DNA of 64,000 bases from a virus (IMGVR_UViG_3300032312_001355:8929-72928); one strand, 5' to 3'; positions 37,913 to 47,961 are shown, numbered from the stretch's first letter. The notes: generated from the sequence alone by a model not told the origin. Made by a program: numbers and translations.

Positions 37913-39529
37913 ATGGCAACTCGTCGTAGATCCCGTAGAAAAACTATCTCTGGAAATCTTACAGATATCCAAAAGAGAGTTAGATACCTAGAAACACGCC
38001 CTGCCCCCTCCAAGCTGGCAAATAAAGTAGTCGCAACTAAAAACATTGCTATAGAATCAATTGTTGATGATTTAGTAGCAACTCAAGCATTAACTCGTCG
38101 TACAATAGCAGATAGTGCTATCGGCACTAATCAGATTGAACCAGATTCAATTACAAATAGTCTTATTGCAACAGATGCTGTAAACACAGATTCTATAGCT
38201 GGTGGCGCTGTAACGACAAACGAGCTTGGAACAGATGCTGTTACAACAGACAAAATTGCAACAGATGCTATTACAAATAATGAACTTGCCACCAACTCAG
38301 TAAATGCTGACTCTATTGCACCCGGATCTGTAGGTGAAAATGAACTAGCAAGTTTAGCTGTTGCAACAGATAAAATTCAAAATTCAGCAGTTACTGACGA
38401 TAAAATTTCTGGGATCTCTGGCTCTAAAATTATTGGCGGTGTTGACGGTGATTTAATTATAAACAACTCAATTGAGGCAATTAAAATTGCTGGTGTAAAT
38501 GCAACTGTACTTATTGGTCAGATCCAAGATGCTCAGATTGAAGAACTTGATGGCTCAAAAATTATTACAGGGAGTCTTCCTCCAACTGCAATAGAACCTG
38601 ACTCAATTACTGAGGATCAAATGGCTACAAACTCTATTGGCTTTGATGAACTACAAGTTGACTCCGTAGGCACGGCTCAATTACAAGTAAATTCTGTAGT
38701 AGAAGCGATCATTGATGATCTTGCAGTTTCAAGACGTACTATTCAAGACAACGCAATTATTGCAAGAATGATTAATGCTGGTGCCGTTACAACAACAGGC
38801 ATTCAAAATCTTGCAGTTACCAATGCCAAAATCGCAGATGGAACAATTAGTGGTGGAAAAATACAAGATTCAACTATTACAACTAATAAAATTTTTGGCG
38901 GGACAAACATTGCTACATCAGTTAATTCTACTGGAACAGGTATATCTGTAAGTAGCGTTGGAAACGCAAATGGAAGAGGGTACACAGTAGCTCTATCTGT
39001 AGGGTCTGGATCTACTCAGTTAGCTCTAGGAAGCCACGTTCATGGTCAGGGTGGTTATTCTGCAGCAGGTTCTTCAGGAGTCCCTTCTCACACACACCCT
39101 ATTTCTTTCAGCACTACCGCTACTGGTGGTACACACGCTGGACACTCAATTCCAAACAATGGAAACCACTCGCACACCGTTTCAGCTTCTGGAAACTCTG
39201 GAACTCCATCAACTATAAAACTGAAAAAGGAAGTTACAGATTACTCAATAGTAGATGTAAAAAATTTACTTAATTTAAACCTTAAAAGATATAAATATAA
39301 AAATCAGGTAAGACATCTTCAAGAAGGTAGAGAGTGGATGTATGGCTATATTGCAGAAGAGGTGCAAGAGCTAGGTATTGAAGAAATTATTGGGTATGAT
39401 GAAAACAAAGAACCTAATGCAATCAATTACGGTCTTCTTTCTACCCTTGTTCTTGAGCTAGTCAAAGTACAACAAACTGAGATAGACTCTCTTAAAGAAG
39501 AGATTCAGAGACTGAAGGAAAAAATATGA
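37913..39529 (+). CDS. Tail fibre/spike with 10-residue repeats, HxH motifs and C-terminal intramolecular chaperone (peptidase S74-like)
   Basis: AVTTDKIA-type repeats; SHVH/SHTH/HSHT; STIKLKKEV...YGYIAEEVQE...INYG...QQTEIDSLK. Confidence 0.8.
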   Translation: MATRRRSRRKTISGNLTDIQKRVRYLETRPAPSKLANKVVATKNIAIESIVDDLVATQALTRRTIADSAIGTNQIEPDSITNSLIATDAVNTDSIAGGAVTTNELGTDAVTTDKIATDAITNNELATNSVNADSIAPGSVGENELASLAVATDKIQNSAVTDDKISGISGSKIIGGVDGDLIINNSIEAIKIAGVNATVLIGQIQDAQIEELDGSKIITGSLPPTAIEPDSITEDQMATNSIGFDELQVDSVGTAQLQVNSVVEAIIDDLAVSRRTIQDNAIIARMINAGAVTTTGIQNLAVTNAKIADGTISGGKIQDSTITTNKIFGGTNIATSVNSTGTGISVSSVGNANGRGYTVALSVGSGSTQLALGSHVHGQGGYSAAGSSGVPSHTHPISFSTTATGGTHAGHSIPNNGNHSHTVSASGNSGTPSTIKLKKEVTDYSIVDVKNLLNLNLKRYKYKNQVRHLQEGREWMYGYIAEEVQELGIEEIIGYDENKEPNAINYGLLSTLVLELVKVQQTEIDSLKEEIQRLKEKI

Positions 39530-39945
39530 TAACTTATGAAGCAAACTATGAGCCAGTAAATAGACCATATATTTGTAAAGTTTTTACTGCATCTTCTGGT
39601 GAAGAGTCTCACACAGCTATAAACTATGAGAACCAAGCTGAACGACTAGAAGTTTCTGCAGAATTAATATTTCAACACTTAGACAACTGTGTTACATATA
39701 TGGAAGATAAGTCTAAAGAAATAAAAATAGTTCAACTTGATGAACCAATTGGATCGGAGCCTTGGCCAGCCGTTGGGTGGAACGAGCTCCTCTGGGCAAA
39801 TAACGAAATTAATCTTTGGTGGAGTTATATCTATTACAAAGATGAAGAATCTGGCGTAACTGTAACAATGAGCGACGAGCACTCCCATGAAGGCTCTGAC
39901 CATACTCACGACCCAGCAACAGGAGACGAAATTCCTAATGCATGA
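39526..39945 (+). CDS. Hypothetical protein (possible fibre assembly factor)
   Basis: ATGA-coupled to the fibre gene; His-rich C-terminus. Confidence 0.55.
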   Translation: MITYEANYEPVNRPYICKVFTASSGEESHTAINYENQAERLEVSAELIFQHLDNCVTYMEDKSKEIKIVQLDEPIGSEPWPAVGWNELLWANNEINLWWSYIYYKDEESGVTVTMSDEHSHEGSDHTHDPATGDEIPNA

Positions 39946-40408
39946 AGTCAAAGACGGATCTCGAACTCTCCAATTTAATGGGCGTCTCTTAGGAGAATCT
40001 TCCTCGTGGAGACGTGGCTCAACACGCTGGATTGAGTTCAAACTTTACAAAACAGAGAATGGGTCGTATATTCTTTCTAGAATCGGAGTGTCAATAGTTT
40101 TTCACTCCCCGACATGCTCTCTTGTTAAAAGATACGGACTAAAAGAAGGGTCAGTAGATGAGCTTAGAGATGAGTCCTTACCTTGTGAAGAGTGCAACCC
40201 TTCATATGACATGCCTATTGTCTTCCCTGAAACAGACCGCAACTGGGCACAAGTAAGTGAAGAGCCAGAGCCAGTTTTAGATGCCCTTTACAAATACGAT
40301 GCAGGTGGTGCAAGATACCTTACTAACGTAGCTCAAAGGCTACTGGAAAGGGCAGCACTAAACGATGAAAAGATAGATTCTATTTATAGAATTGAGATGA
40401 TCCCTTAA
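39938..40408 (+). CDS. Hypothetical protein (MHEVKDGSRTLQFNG...)
   Basis: ATG at 39938 overlaps the upstream stop and has AGGAG upstream; RWIEFKLYKT motif. Confidence 0.6.
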   Translation: MHEVKDGSRTLQFNGRLLGESSSWRRGSTRWIEFKLYKTENGSYILSRIGVSIVFHSPTCSLVKRYGLKEGSVDELRDESLPCEECNPSYDMPIVFPETDRNWAQVSEEPEPVLDALYKYDAGGARYLTNVAQRLLERAALNDEKIDSIYRIEMIP

Positions 40409-40422
40409 AAAGTTAGGAAAAA

Positions 40423-42261
40423 ATGAGCGACAACCAAGTGACGAACGGACTGGGAGATGTAAAGCTACACCTTGTAGATTCTGCAGAAAAGGCGCAGCAA
40501 TTCATTTCATGGCTAAGTCAAAAAAGACCTTACAACGCAATTGCAATTGACACTGAAACAGGTGAATTACCTGGCGGTAAAAGAGAGCATGCGTTATCTC
40601 CTTGGCATGGAAAATTACGTCTTGTCCAAGTAGGAGACGGTATGACTGGCTGGTCTATTCCTTGGGATGAATGGGGCGGTGTTTTCTACGAAGCAATGAA
40701 TAAGTTTGATGGACCTGTTGTCTGTCACAACATTGCCTTTGAAGCACGATGGTTTGATATCCAATCTAAATGGAAAATTCCTTGGGAACGTGCACATGAC
40801 ACGATGATTATGGCTCACATCATTAATCCTCTAGGTTCTGGTGCATTAAAGCCTTTATCTGCTCTTTATGTTGATGGCAAAGCCGTTGCAATGCAAGAAA
40901 GTCTTGACCAAGGGCTTATTGAAAATGGTTGGACTTGGGGAACTGTTCCAACTAACTATGAGCCTTACTGGGTTTATGGTGCTCTAGATACAGTTTTAAC
41001 TATGCGTTTGTGGGAGCAGTTCTATGAAAAGTGTGGTCCACAAGGTCCATACAATCGTGCTTACGAACTAGAGATGGCTACTCGCAAGATTGTTACTCGT
41101 ATGGAGCTTAACGGTGCTCGTATTGATCTTGATTATTCAAAAAAGAAATTTGATGAACTTATTCAGTACTCAGACTCTGTAAAGAGTTGGGCTTCAAGTA
41201 CTTACAATGGAGTAAGCATTACAAGTAATATCCAACTTGTGCGTCTACTAGAAGGTCTTGGCGCAGAGATTACAGAAACAACTCCGTCTGGAGCTAAGTC
41301 TGCCAGCAAAGACCAACTGCAGCTTTTGATGATTAATGGAAACAATGATGTTAAAAACCTTGCAGAAAATGTTCTTAAGCAACGAAAGGCTGATAAGTTA
41401 GCTAATACTTACTTTTCTAACTTTATGGAAAAGTCTATTGACGGAATAGTTCACCCTTCTGTAAAAACATTAGGAGCTCGCACATCTCGTATGTCTATTA
41501 CAGATCCAGCTCTACAAACTCTTCCTAAAGGAGATGACACTGTTCGCACAGCTTTTATCCCTAGAGAAGAAGGCAATGTAATCATTACCTCTGACTTAGA
41601 TCAGGTTGAGTTCCGTATGTTTGCATCTTTATCTGAAGATGAAAACCTTATTTCGCTATTTCACAAGGCAGATGCAACTGGTTCAGATCCGTTTACTGAG
41701 ATTGGTCGTCAGGTTTATCAAGAACCAGATATGCAAAAGTCTGACAAGCGTCGTAATCTAATTAAGGGCGTTGTTTACGGACGACTATACGGGGCAGGAG
41801 TTGCTAAGCAAGCTCTTACTGCTGGAGTGCCAGAAGCGCAGATGCGTTCTGTATCTGACTCTTTTGATGCTAACTATCCGGGTATGTCAATCTTCCAAAG
41901 ACAAATTGACCATATTGGGCAAACTAGACTTCGTAATGAAGGTCAAGGATATGTTCACACTTGGACTGGTCGTCGTATTCCTTGCGATGAAGATCGCACC
42001 TATACTCTTGTTAACTATCTAATCCAAGGTGGAGCAGCAGAAGTTTTTAAATCTAATCTTGTAAAGCTCGATCAAGCAGATTTAACAGACAACCTTATTG
42101 TTCCAGTACACGATGAAATTGTTCTTGAAGCTCCACGCAAAGATGCTGAAGAGATTAAGCATTTAGTTCGTCAGTGTATGACTACAACTGAAGGATGGGC
42201 AGTTCCATTAACAGCAGATGTTGATGGTCCACTAGAAAATTGGGGGCAAAAGTATCGATGA
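40423..42261 (+). CDS. polA: DNA polymerase family A with 3'-5' exonuclease (no 5'-3' exonuclease)
   Basis: IDTETG exo I; SDLDQVEFR motif A; RRNLIKGVVYGRLYG motif B; PVHDEIV motif C. Confidence 0.93.
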   Translation: MSDNQVTNGLGDVKLHLVDSAEKAQQFISWLSQKRPYNAIAIDTETGELPGGKREHALSPWHGKLRLVQVGDGMTGWSIPWDEWGGVFYEAMNKFDGPVVCHNIAFEARWFDIQSKWKIPWERAHDTMIMAHIINPLGSGALKPLSALYVDGKAVAMQESLDQGLIENGWTWGTVPTNYEPYWVYGALDTVLTMRLWEQFYEKCGPQGPYNRAYELEMATRKIVTRMELNGARIDLDYSKKKFDELIQYSDSVKSWASSTYNGVSITSNIQLVRLLEGLGAEITETTPSGAKSASKDQLQLLMINGNNDVKNLAENVLKQRKADKLANTYFSNFMEKSIDGIVHPSVKTLGARTSRMSITDPALQTLPKGDDTVRTAFIPREEGNVIITSDLDQVEFRMFASLSEDENLISLFHKADATGSDPFTEIGRQVYQEPDMQKSDKRRNLIKGVVYGRLYGAGVAKQALTAGVPEAQMRSVSDSFDANYPGMSIFQRQIDHIGQTRLRNEGQGYVHTWTGRRIPCDEDRTYTLVNYLIQGGAAEVFKSNLVKLDQADLTDNLIVPVHDEIVLEAPRKDAEEIKHLVRQCMTTTEGWAVPLTADVDGPLENWGQKYR

Positions 42262-42722
42262 AACATGTATTAGCAGTTGATCCTGGCAAAGCAAGCGGAA
42301 TTATTTTTATGTCCTTAGCTGGACCTGAAGAAACTCCAACAATTATCTACGCTAGCGAATCTCAGCCAGAAGAGTATGGAATGGCATTAAATACATTTAT
42401 AAATGGCTGGAACACCTATGAAGACTTTACTGTTGTCTGCGAAAGATTCACCATCAACGCTCAGACAGTTCGTAACTCTCAAGCTCCTTATAGCCTAGAG
42501 CAAATAGGGGTTCTAAAACATATTTGTAGAGAAAATGGATACAATCCAGAAAAGATTGCTATGCAATCTCCAGCTGACGCCAAGGCTATGTTCCCGAATG
42601 AGGCTCTTAGGAAGATAGGAACTTGGCATGTAGGCGGGGAAGGGCACGCAAATGATGCAATACGACACGCCTTACTTAGGCTGGTTAAAACTGGCTGGAA
42701 ACCAAGAGTTCTGCTAGACTAA
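42258..42722 (+). CDS. RuvC-like Holliday junction resolvase
   Basis: LAVDPGKASG...VVCERF...HANDAIRH acidic triad; ATGA start at 42258. Confidence 0.7.
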   Translation: MKHVLAVDPGKASGIIFMSLAGPEETPTIIYASESQPEEYGMALNTFINGWNTYEDFTVVCERFTINAQTVRNSQAPYSLEQIGVLKHICRENGYNPEKIAMQSPADAKAMFPNEALRKIGTWHVGGEGHANDAIRHALLRLVKTGWKPRVLLD

Positions 42723-42723
42723 T

Positions 42724-42776
42724 ATGCGGTAAGATAAATGTATTCAAAAAAGTTTTAGAACCGCATGTGACATAAT
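42724..42776 (+). promoter_or_regulatory. Promoter of the helicase operon with inverted ATGCGGT/ACCGCAT repeat
   Basis: Extended -10 TGnCATAAT (42768-42776); inverted 7-mers at 42724-42730 and 42760-42766. Confidence 0.5.
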
Positions 42777-42796
42777 GACAGGGAAAAGAGGGTAAG

Positions 42797-44596
42797 TTGT
42801 CCGTAATAGCCGAAGTAGATGCCGATAAGAAGCATATCCTTCTAACTACCGACTGGCGTTATAAAGAGCTCTGTAAGAGCCTTCCAGGGGCTTCTTGGAG
42901 CCCTAAGGAGCAGGTTTGGAGAGCTCCACTTAGTTGGACAACCTGTCTTGCTTTACGCTCTACATTCCGTGATGGATTGACTGTTGGCCCGAACTTAACC
43001 GAATGGGCTACAAACGAGCTAAACACTCGTATTAACCCATCTAACGCCTTTAGAGAGCTTGAGACAGCCGATGGAGACGAAGACCTATTCCCACACCAAA
43101 GAGCAGGGGTTCAGTTCCTTAAAACGGCTCGTAGGGCTTTATTGGCTGATGAGCCCGGTTTAGGTAAAACCGCTCAAGCCATTCGTGCTCTTAAGGCTAT
43201 TCAAGATTCTGGAGAAGAAGTTTTTCCAGCCCTAATTGTTTGCCCTAACACTTTAAAAAAGAACTGGGCTCGTGAGTTTTCTAGATGGTGGCCGGGCGTA
43301 AAGACTCAAGTAATCAAAGGAAGTTCTGCTCAAAGGAAGAAACAATTTGAGTCTGGTGCAGATATTTATATTATTAATTGGGAGTCTTTGCGCTCTCACT
43401 CACGCCTGTCTGGGTACGGTTCTATTGCTTTAGTTCATTGTAAAGCCTGTGGAGGTCTTAATGAGGCTGTCACAGAAACTCGTTGCGAAGTGCACCCAAG
43501 AGAGTTAAATGAAATTGATTTTAAAGCTGTAGTTGCTGATGAAATTCACAGATCTAAGGATCCTAAATCAAAACAAAGTCGTGCTTTGTGGTCTGCAACA
43601 GGAGATGCTGAGATTCGTTTTGCATTAACTGGTACGCCAATTGCTAACAATGTTGTAGACCTTTGGTCTATTCTTCACTGGCTATCACCTAAAGATTGGC
43701 CATCAAAGACAAAGTGGATTGATCGAATGATTGACATTATGCTCAACGCATTTGGTGGAATGATGGTTATTGGCGTTAAACCAATGATGCAAGACGAGTT
43801 TTATAAATCTGTAAACCCTGTTATGCGTCGTATGCTTAAAAAGGTTGTGCTTCCACACTTGCCTCCAGTTATGAATGAGCGTAGAGATGTAGAAATGTCA
43901 CCTAAGCAAAGAAAAGCTTACGAGCAGATGCGTGACACAATGATTGCTGAGCTTGAGTCTGGTGATGCATTAACCGCTCCAAGTATTTTGACTCAGACAA
44001 CTCGTCTGCTTCAGTTTGCAAGTTCGTATGCCGATATGGTTGTTGATGAATCAAGTGGTGAGTTGAAGACGGTTTTGACAGAGCCTTCCTGTAAAGTTGA
44101 TTCGCTGATGGATGACATCAGTAACGGGGACTTTGGAGATGATTCAGTTGCAGTTTGCGCCGTATCTCGTCAACTTATTGAAATTTTAAGTGCTGCTATG
44201 ACAAAGGCAAAAATCCCTCACGGACTTATTACTGGAGCTCAAAATGAAGATGAGCGTCAAAAGGCAGTAGATGATTTTCAAGAAGGTCGTGTTAAGTGGA
44301 TTCTATTTACGGCACAGGCTGGTGGTGTTGGTATTACCTTGACTGCAGCTCGACGTTTAGTTATGCTACAACGACCTTGGTCACTAGTTGATCATAAGCA
44401 AGCGCTAGACCGTGTACATCGTATTGGAAGTGAAATTCACGACTCAATATTGATTATGGATTATGTAACAGAAGGAACAATTGAAGAAAGAGTTCTACAA
44501 GTACTAGAAACAAAGTCAGATAACTTCGAACAAATTGTTCGAGACAAAGATCAACTGATGAAGTTGCTCAAGGATGATAAGGCAGGGGCGCTATGA
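42797..44596 (+). CDS. SNF2-family (SF2) DNA helicase
   Basis: LADEPGLGKT, VADEIH, LTGTP, AGGVGITL, QALDRVHRIG. Confidence 0.92.
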   Translation: MSVIAEVDADKKHILLTTDWRYKELCKSLPGASWSPKEQVWRAPLSWTTCLALRSTFRDGLTVGPNLTEWATNELNTRINPSNAFRELETADGDEDLFPHQRAGVQFLKTARRALLADEPGLGKTAQAIRALKAIQDSGEEVFPALIVCPNTLKKNWAREFSRWWPGVKTQVIKGSSAQRKKQFESGADIYIINWESLRSHSRLSGYGSIALVHCKACGGLNEAVTETRCEVHPRELNEIDFKAVVADEIHRSKDPKSKQSRALWSATGDAEIRFALTGTPIANNVVDLWSILHWLSPKDWPSKTKWIDRMIDIMLNAFGGMMVIGVKPMMQDEFYKSVNPVMRRMLKKVVLPHLPPVMNERRDVEMSPKQRKAYEQMRDTMIAELESGDALTAPSILTQTTRLLQFASSYADMVVDESSGELKTVLTEPSCKVDSLMDDISNGDFGDDSVAVCAVSRQLIEILSAAMTKAKIPHGLITGAQNEDERQKAVDDFQEGRVKWILFTAQAGGVGITLTAARRLVMLQRPWSLVDHKQALDRVHRIGSEIHDSILIMDYVTEGTIEERVLQVLETKSDNFEQIVRDKDQLMKLLKDDKAGAL

Positions 44597-45522
44597 GCGA
44601 TGTAGTAAGACTTTCAAATTCTGAACTACAAACATTTAAAGATTGTCGTCGCCGATGGTGGCTTACCTATTATCGTCGTCTTCAACCAAAGAACAGGGAT
44701 ATGACTGGTGCTCTCGCATTTGGTAGTCGTATTCACGCAGCTTTAGATGCTCACTACGCTCAAGGTCTTCCACTTCTACAAGCTCATTCTGAATTAGTTG
44801 AGACAGATCGCAAATTACTTCTTGCAGACTTTCAAGACACATACCAGTTGGAACAAGAAGCCGAAATGGGACGCATCATGCTTGAAGGCTATGAGCAATG
44901 GGTTGAAGAAGAAGGCATTGATGCTGAACTGGAAATGATTTCTACAGAAGAAACTGTAATCGTTCCTTTGTTTAATGGAGATGTCGAACTTCAAGGAAAG
45001 CTTGATATGCGTGTTCGTCGCAAAGCTGACGGAGTTCGTATGTTCCGTGACTTTAAAACTGTTGGTGGCTCTCTTAGCGACTTTGCCAACCTTGCTCCTA
45101 TGAACGAGCAGGTACTTACATACATGCTTTTGGAGTCTACTAAAGCAGATGAAGCAGAACGTTCTGAAGGTGGAATCTTTACATTGTTGAAAAAGGTAAA
45201 GCGCACAGCAAATGCACGCCCACCTTTCTACGATCAAATTGAAATTCGTCATAATGTTTTTACAATGCGTTCTTTTTGGAATCGCATCCACGGAACTATC
45301 TCTGATTTAATGAATACCCGTAAAGCTCTTGATACAGGAGCAGACCACGCTTATGTTGCATATCCTCACCCAACTAGGGACTGTAAATGGAAATGCCAAT
45401 TTTTCGCTATATGCCCAATGTTTGACGACGGAAGCGCCGTTGAACAAGCACTTAGCGATTCATATGAGGTCGCAGACCCATATGCGTACTACGAAACAAC
45501 TGACAAAAAAGGAAGTGAGTGA
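44593..45522 (+). CDS. PD-(D/E)xK RecB/Cas4-like exonuclease
   Basis: SELQTFKDCRRRW...GSRIHAAL...LQGKLD...DFKT...CKWKCQF..IC. Confidence 0.85.
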   Translation: MSDVVRLSNSELQTFKDCRRRWWLTYYRRLQPKNRDMTGALAFGSRIHAALDAHYAQGLPLLQAHSELVETDRKLLLADFQDTYQLEQEAEMGRIMLEGYEQWVEEEGIDAELEMISTEETVIVPLFNGDVELQGKLDMRVRRKADGVRMFRDFKTVGGSLSDFANLAPMNEQVLTYMLLESTKADEAERSEGGIFTLLKKVKRTANARPPFYDQIEIRHNVFTMRSFWNRIHGTISDLMNTRKALDTGADHAYVAYPHPTRDCKWKCQFFAICPMFDDGSAVEQALSDSYEVADPYAYYETTDKKGSE

Positions 45523-46307
45523 CGATGAGCGAAATTCAACGCTCTCTTACTGTAATGGTGTACGGAGAGAGCAAGGTTGGTAAATCAAGTCTTGCTGTCA
45601 CTGCACCTTACCCACGGCTCATGCTTGACGTAGAAGGCGGTCACAGGTTTTTGCCTATCATCGTCAAGTACTGGGATCCACTGCGAGAGGAACCACCTAT
45701 TGCAGATGGCACATGGGACACTGTTGTAGTCACAGTTCGTGATTACGATACTGTTCTAAAAACATACCAATGGCTTCAACTTGGAAAGCATCATTTCAAG
45801 AGTCTGATTATTGACTCTGTATCTGAGCTTCAAGTGAAGTGTTTGGAAAACATTGCTGGTGTCAATCAAATGACACAGCAGCAGTGGGGAGAGTTGTTGC
45901 GTCATATGGGCGGTCTTTTGCGAGATCTCCGTGACCTAACAATGCATCCAACAAATCCGTTAGAAGCAGTAGTTCTAACTGCAATGGCTCGTCTTGATAA
46001 GGATGGTCGTTATCGTCCATACCTACAAGGTCAGCTTGCAATTCAGGCTCCTTACTTCTACGACATTCTGGGGGCAATTACTGTTGAAGAACGTATGAAC
46101 CCAGATCCAACTCAGCAACCATACAAAGTTCGTCGTATGTATGTTGAACGCACTAATCACTACGAAGCTGGCGAGCGTGTCCAAGGACGCCTTGGTAAAG
46201 TCGTAGAACAAGAAAACATGTCAATTGAAAAAATGCTAGACATTGTTTTTGGACCAAAACAAGCAGCGGCAGCTGAAACAACTACAAAGGAAGAAGGCAC
46301 TCAGTGA
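45519..46307 (+). CDS. AAA-family ATPase (Sak4/RecA-like recombination protein)
   Basis: VYGESKVGKS Walker A, LIIDSVSE Walker B; located between exonuclease and SSB. Confidence 0.8.
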   Translation: MTMSEIQRSLTVMVYGESKVGKSSLAVTAPYPRLMLDVEGGHRFLPIIVKYWDPLREEPPIADGTWDTVVVTVRDYDTVLKTYQWLQLGKHHFKSLIIDSVSELQVKCLENIAGVNQMTQQQWGELLRHMGGLLRDLRDLTMHPTNPLEAVVLTAMARLDKDGRYRPYLQGQLAIQAPYFYDILGAITVEERMNPDPTQQPYKVRRMYVERTNHYEAGERVQGRLGKVVEQENMSIEKMLDIVFGPKQAAAAETTTKEEGTQ

Positions 46308-46837
46308 GTTCACGCAATTGGGCAGACCTCATTAAAGACGCTGGTGATTCGGGTAATTACGAACCTCTACCAGACGGCGATTACGATCTCGTAGTCGTTG
46401 AAGCCACTGCGACAACATCGCAATCTGGCAAAACCATGTTCAAAGTAAAGGCGCAGGTTGAGGGCGGAGCCCACAATAAGCGTCTTGTATGGGACAACTT
46501 AGTTGTCTCACCAGATTCACCAGCAGCGCTGGGAATCTTGTTTAAGAAGTTCCACGCAATGGGAATTGGCCGTGGGTATTTCGACAACAACCCAACTAAT
46601 GCTCAGATTGAGCAAGCAATCATGGGTCGTCGATTCCGTGCTCAGATTGGTAGCCGTTTGTATAACGGAGCTAAAAAGAACGAAATCAAGAACTACTACC
46701 CAAGCGCACAGACAGTTGCTGCAATGAATGGCGAGACAGCCTCTCCAGCACCTGTTGCAGCTGCTCCAGCTCCTGCTCCAGCGCCAGCACCTGCTGCCGC
46801 TCCTGCACCTGCTGCAGCCCCAGCCTCACCGTTCTAA
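46304..46837 (+). CDS. Single-stranded DNA-binding protein (DUF669-like)
   Basis: YEPLPDGDY.LVVVEA...SQSGKTM...KNEIKNY; Pro/Ala tail ending PF. Confidence 0.8.
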   Translation: MSSRNWADLIKDAGDSGNYEPLPDGDYDLVVVEATATTSQSGKTMFKVKAQVEGGAHNKRLVWDNLVVSPDSPAALGILFKKFHAMGIGRGYFDNNPTNAQIEQAIMGRRFRAQIGSRLYNGAKKNEIKNYYPSAQTVAAMNGETASPAPVAAAPAPAPAPAPAAAPAPAAAPASPF

Positions 46838-46847
46838 GCTGGTTTTG

Positions 46848-46886
46848 CTAGGTTGCTACCCAACGATTTGTTGGGTAGCAATTTAG
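46848..46886 (+). terminator. Stem-loop after SSB
   Basis: Perfect 12-bp stem TTGCTACCCAAC/GTTGGGTAGCAA, extendable to 17 bp with G-U pairs; weak U-tract. Confidence 0.55.
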
Positions 46887-46906
46887 TAATCCAAGATAAG
46901 GAAATT

Positions 46907-47935
46907 ATGAAGATACTAGTTACTGGATGCACAGCATCTCAGTCGTCCCAAAACGCGATAAGTCGTTATCCGACTTTTACTGGTCTTCTGCACAATGCTT
47001 TTATTGAATTAGGGCATGAAGTTGTTCTTACAAAGCCACACTTTACATATACAAAAGAGTATTTAGATCAATACGATGCTATTTTTGTAGGGCTAGCGTC
47101 TCCATCAAATATATCAGCGCATTATGCTCACGGAGCTTTTGCCTTAGGAAATAAAGCAAGGGAGCTTGGCAAGCTTCGTTTGATTTTAGATATGCCAGAG
47201 CCGCAAAAGATTAAGACAACTATTAGAGATTTTTATACAGGGACTGATGATTTTTATAAAGATTTTTACTCAAAAAGACTTCAATACGATAATGCAGTAA
47301 AGCCAGAAAACAAAGAACAAATTAGTTCTTTTGTAGACTACTTGCACAACAGTAAATGGGACCAGACATACGTTCCTAGCATGCCTTGGTTTTCTAAAAA
47401 AATAGTAACTGATAGCGTCCCGAGCTTAAGTGAAGAAAATATAGTATCTCTTTGCTTTGATAGAGTTCTGATAGACGACTCTGCAGATAGAGTTTCTCCT
47501 GTATATAAAACATATTGGTGTGCAGATAACCCTAAATCAGCATGGACAAAAAAAGTATCTTCAAACTTAACTGTTCCTATCGAGTCTATTAGATATAATA
47601 ATTACACCAAAAAAAATGTAGTTCAAGAAAAGATGCAGAGATCAATAGGTACTTTGGTAAGTACTTATCAGGGTGGAGATCCTTGGTGGTCTGTTGCAAT
47701 ATCACAATCACTTGTAGCAGGTGTTCCTGTTGTTACTGAATGGCGTCATACCGCCGAGCTGGGAGCAGAATGGGCGTATTTACCTTCGACAATAGAGGAA
47801 ATGAGTCCAGAGGAAAGACTGGTAGTGGCTCAAACACAGAAAGATTTTTACAGAGAGGCAGTGCCTTCATACACCGACTCTCTGGAAAAAACAGCGAGAG
47901 CTCTGGACAACCAGAGCCAGTTGTTGTTAGTCTAG
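46907..47935 (+). CDS. GT-B fold glycosyltransferase-like protein
   Basis: MKILVTG...LGHEV...YDAIFVG N-terminal Rossmann pattern; SLVAGVPVVT C-terminal pattern; ATG at 46907 with AAGGA RBS. Confidence 0.55.
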   Translation: MKILVTGCTASQSSQNAISRYPTFTGLLHNAFIELGHEVVLTKPHFTYTKEYLDQYDAIFVGLASPSNISAHYAHGAFALGNKARELGKLRLILDMPEPQKIKTTIRDFYTGTDDFYKDFYSKRLQYDNAVKPENKEQISSFVDYLHNSKWDQTYVPSMPWFSKKIVTDSVPSLSEENIVSLCFDRVLIDDSADRVSPVYKTYWCADNPKSAWTKKVSSNLTVPIESIRYNNYTKKNVVQEKMQRSIGTLVSTYQGGDPWWSVAISQSLVAGVPVVTEWRHTAELGAEWAYLPSTIEEMSPEERLVVAQTQKDFYREAVPSYTDSLEKTARALDNQSQLLLV

Positions 47936-47961
47936 GCAAAACTGTACGAAAGGACAGCGAG

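Noticed and set aside
44593-45522. Cas4 as evidence of a CRISPR or anti-CRISPR system
   Set aside because: It sits in a standard exonuclease-ATPase-SSB recombination module typical of phages
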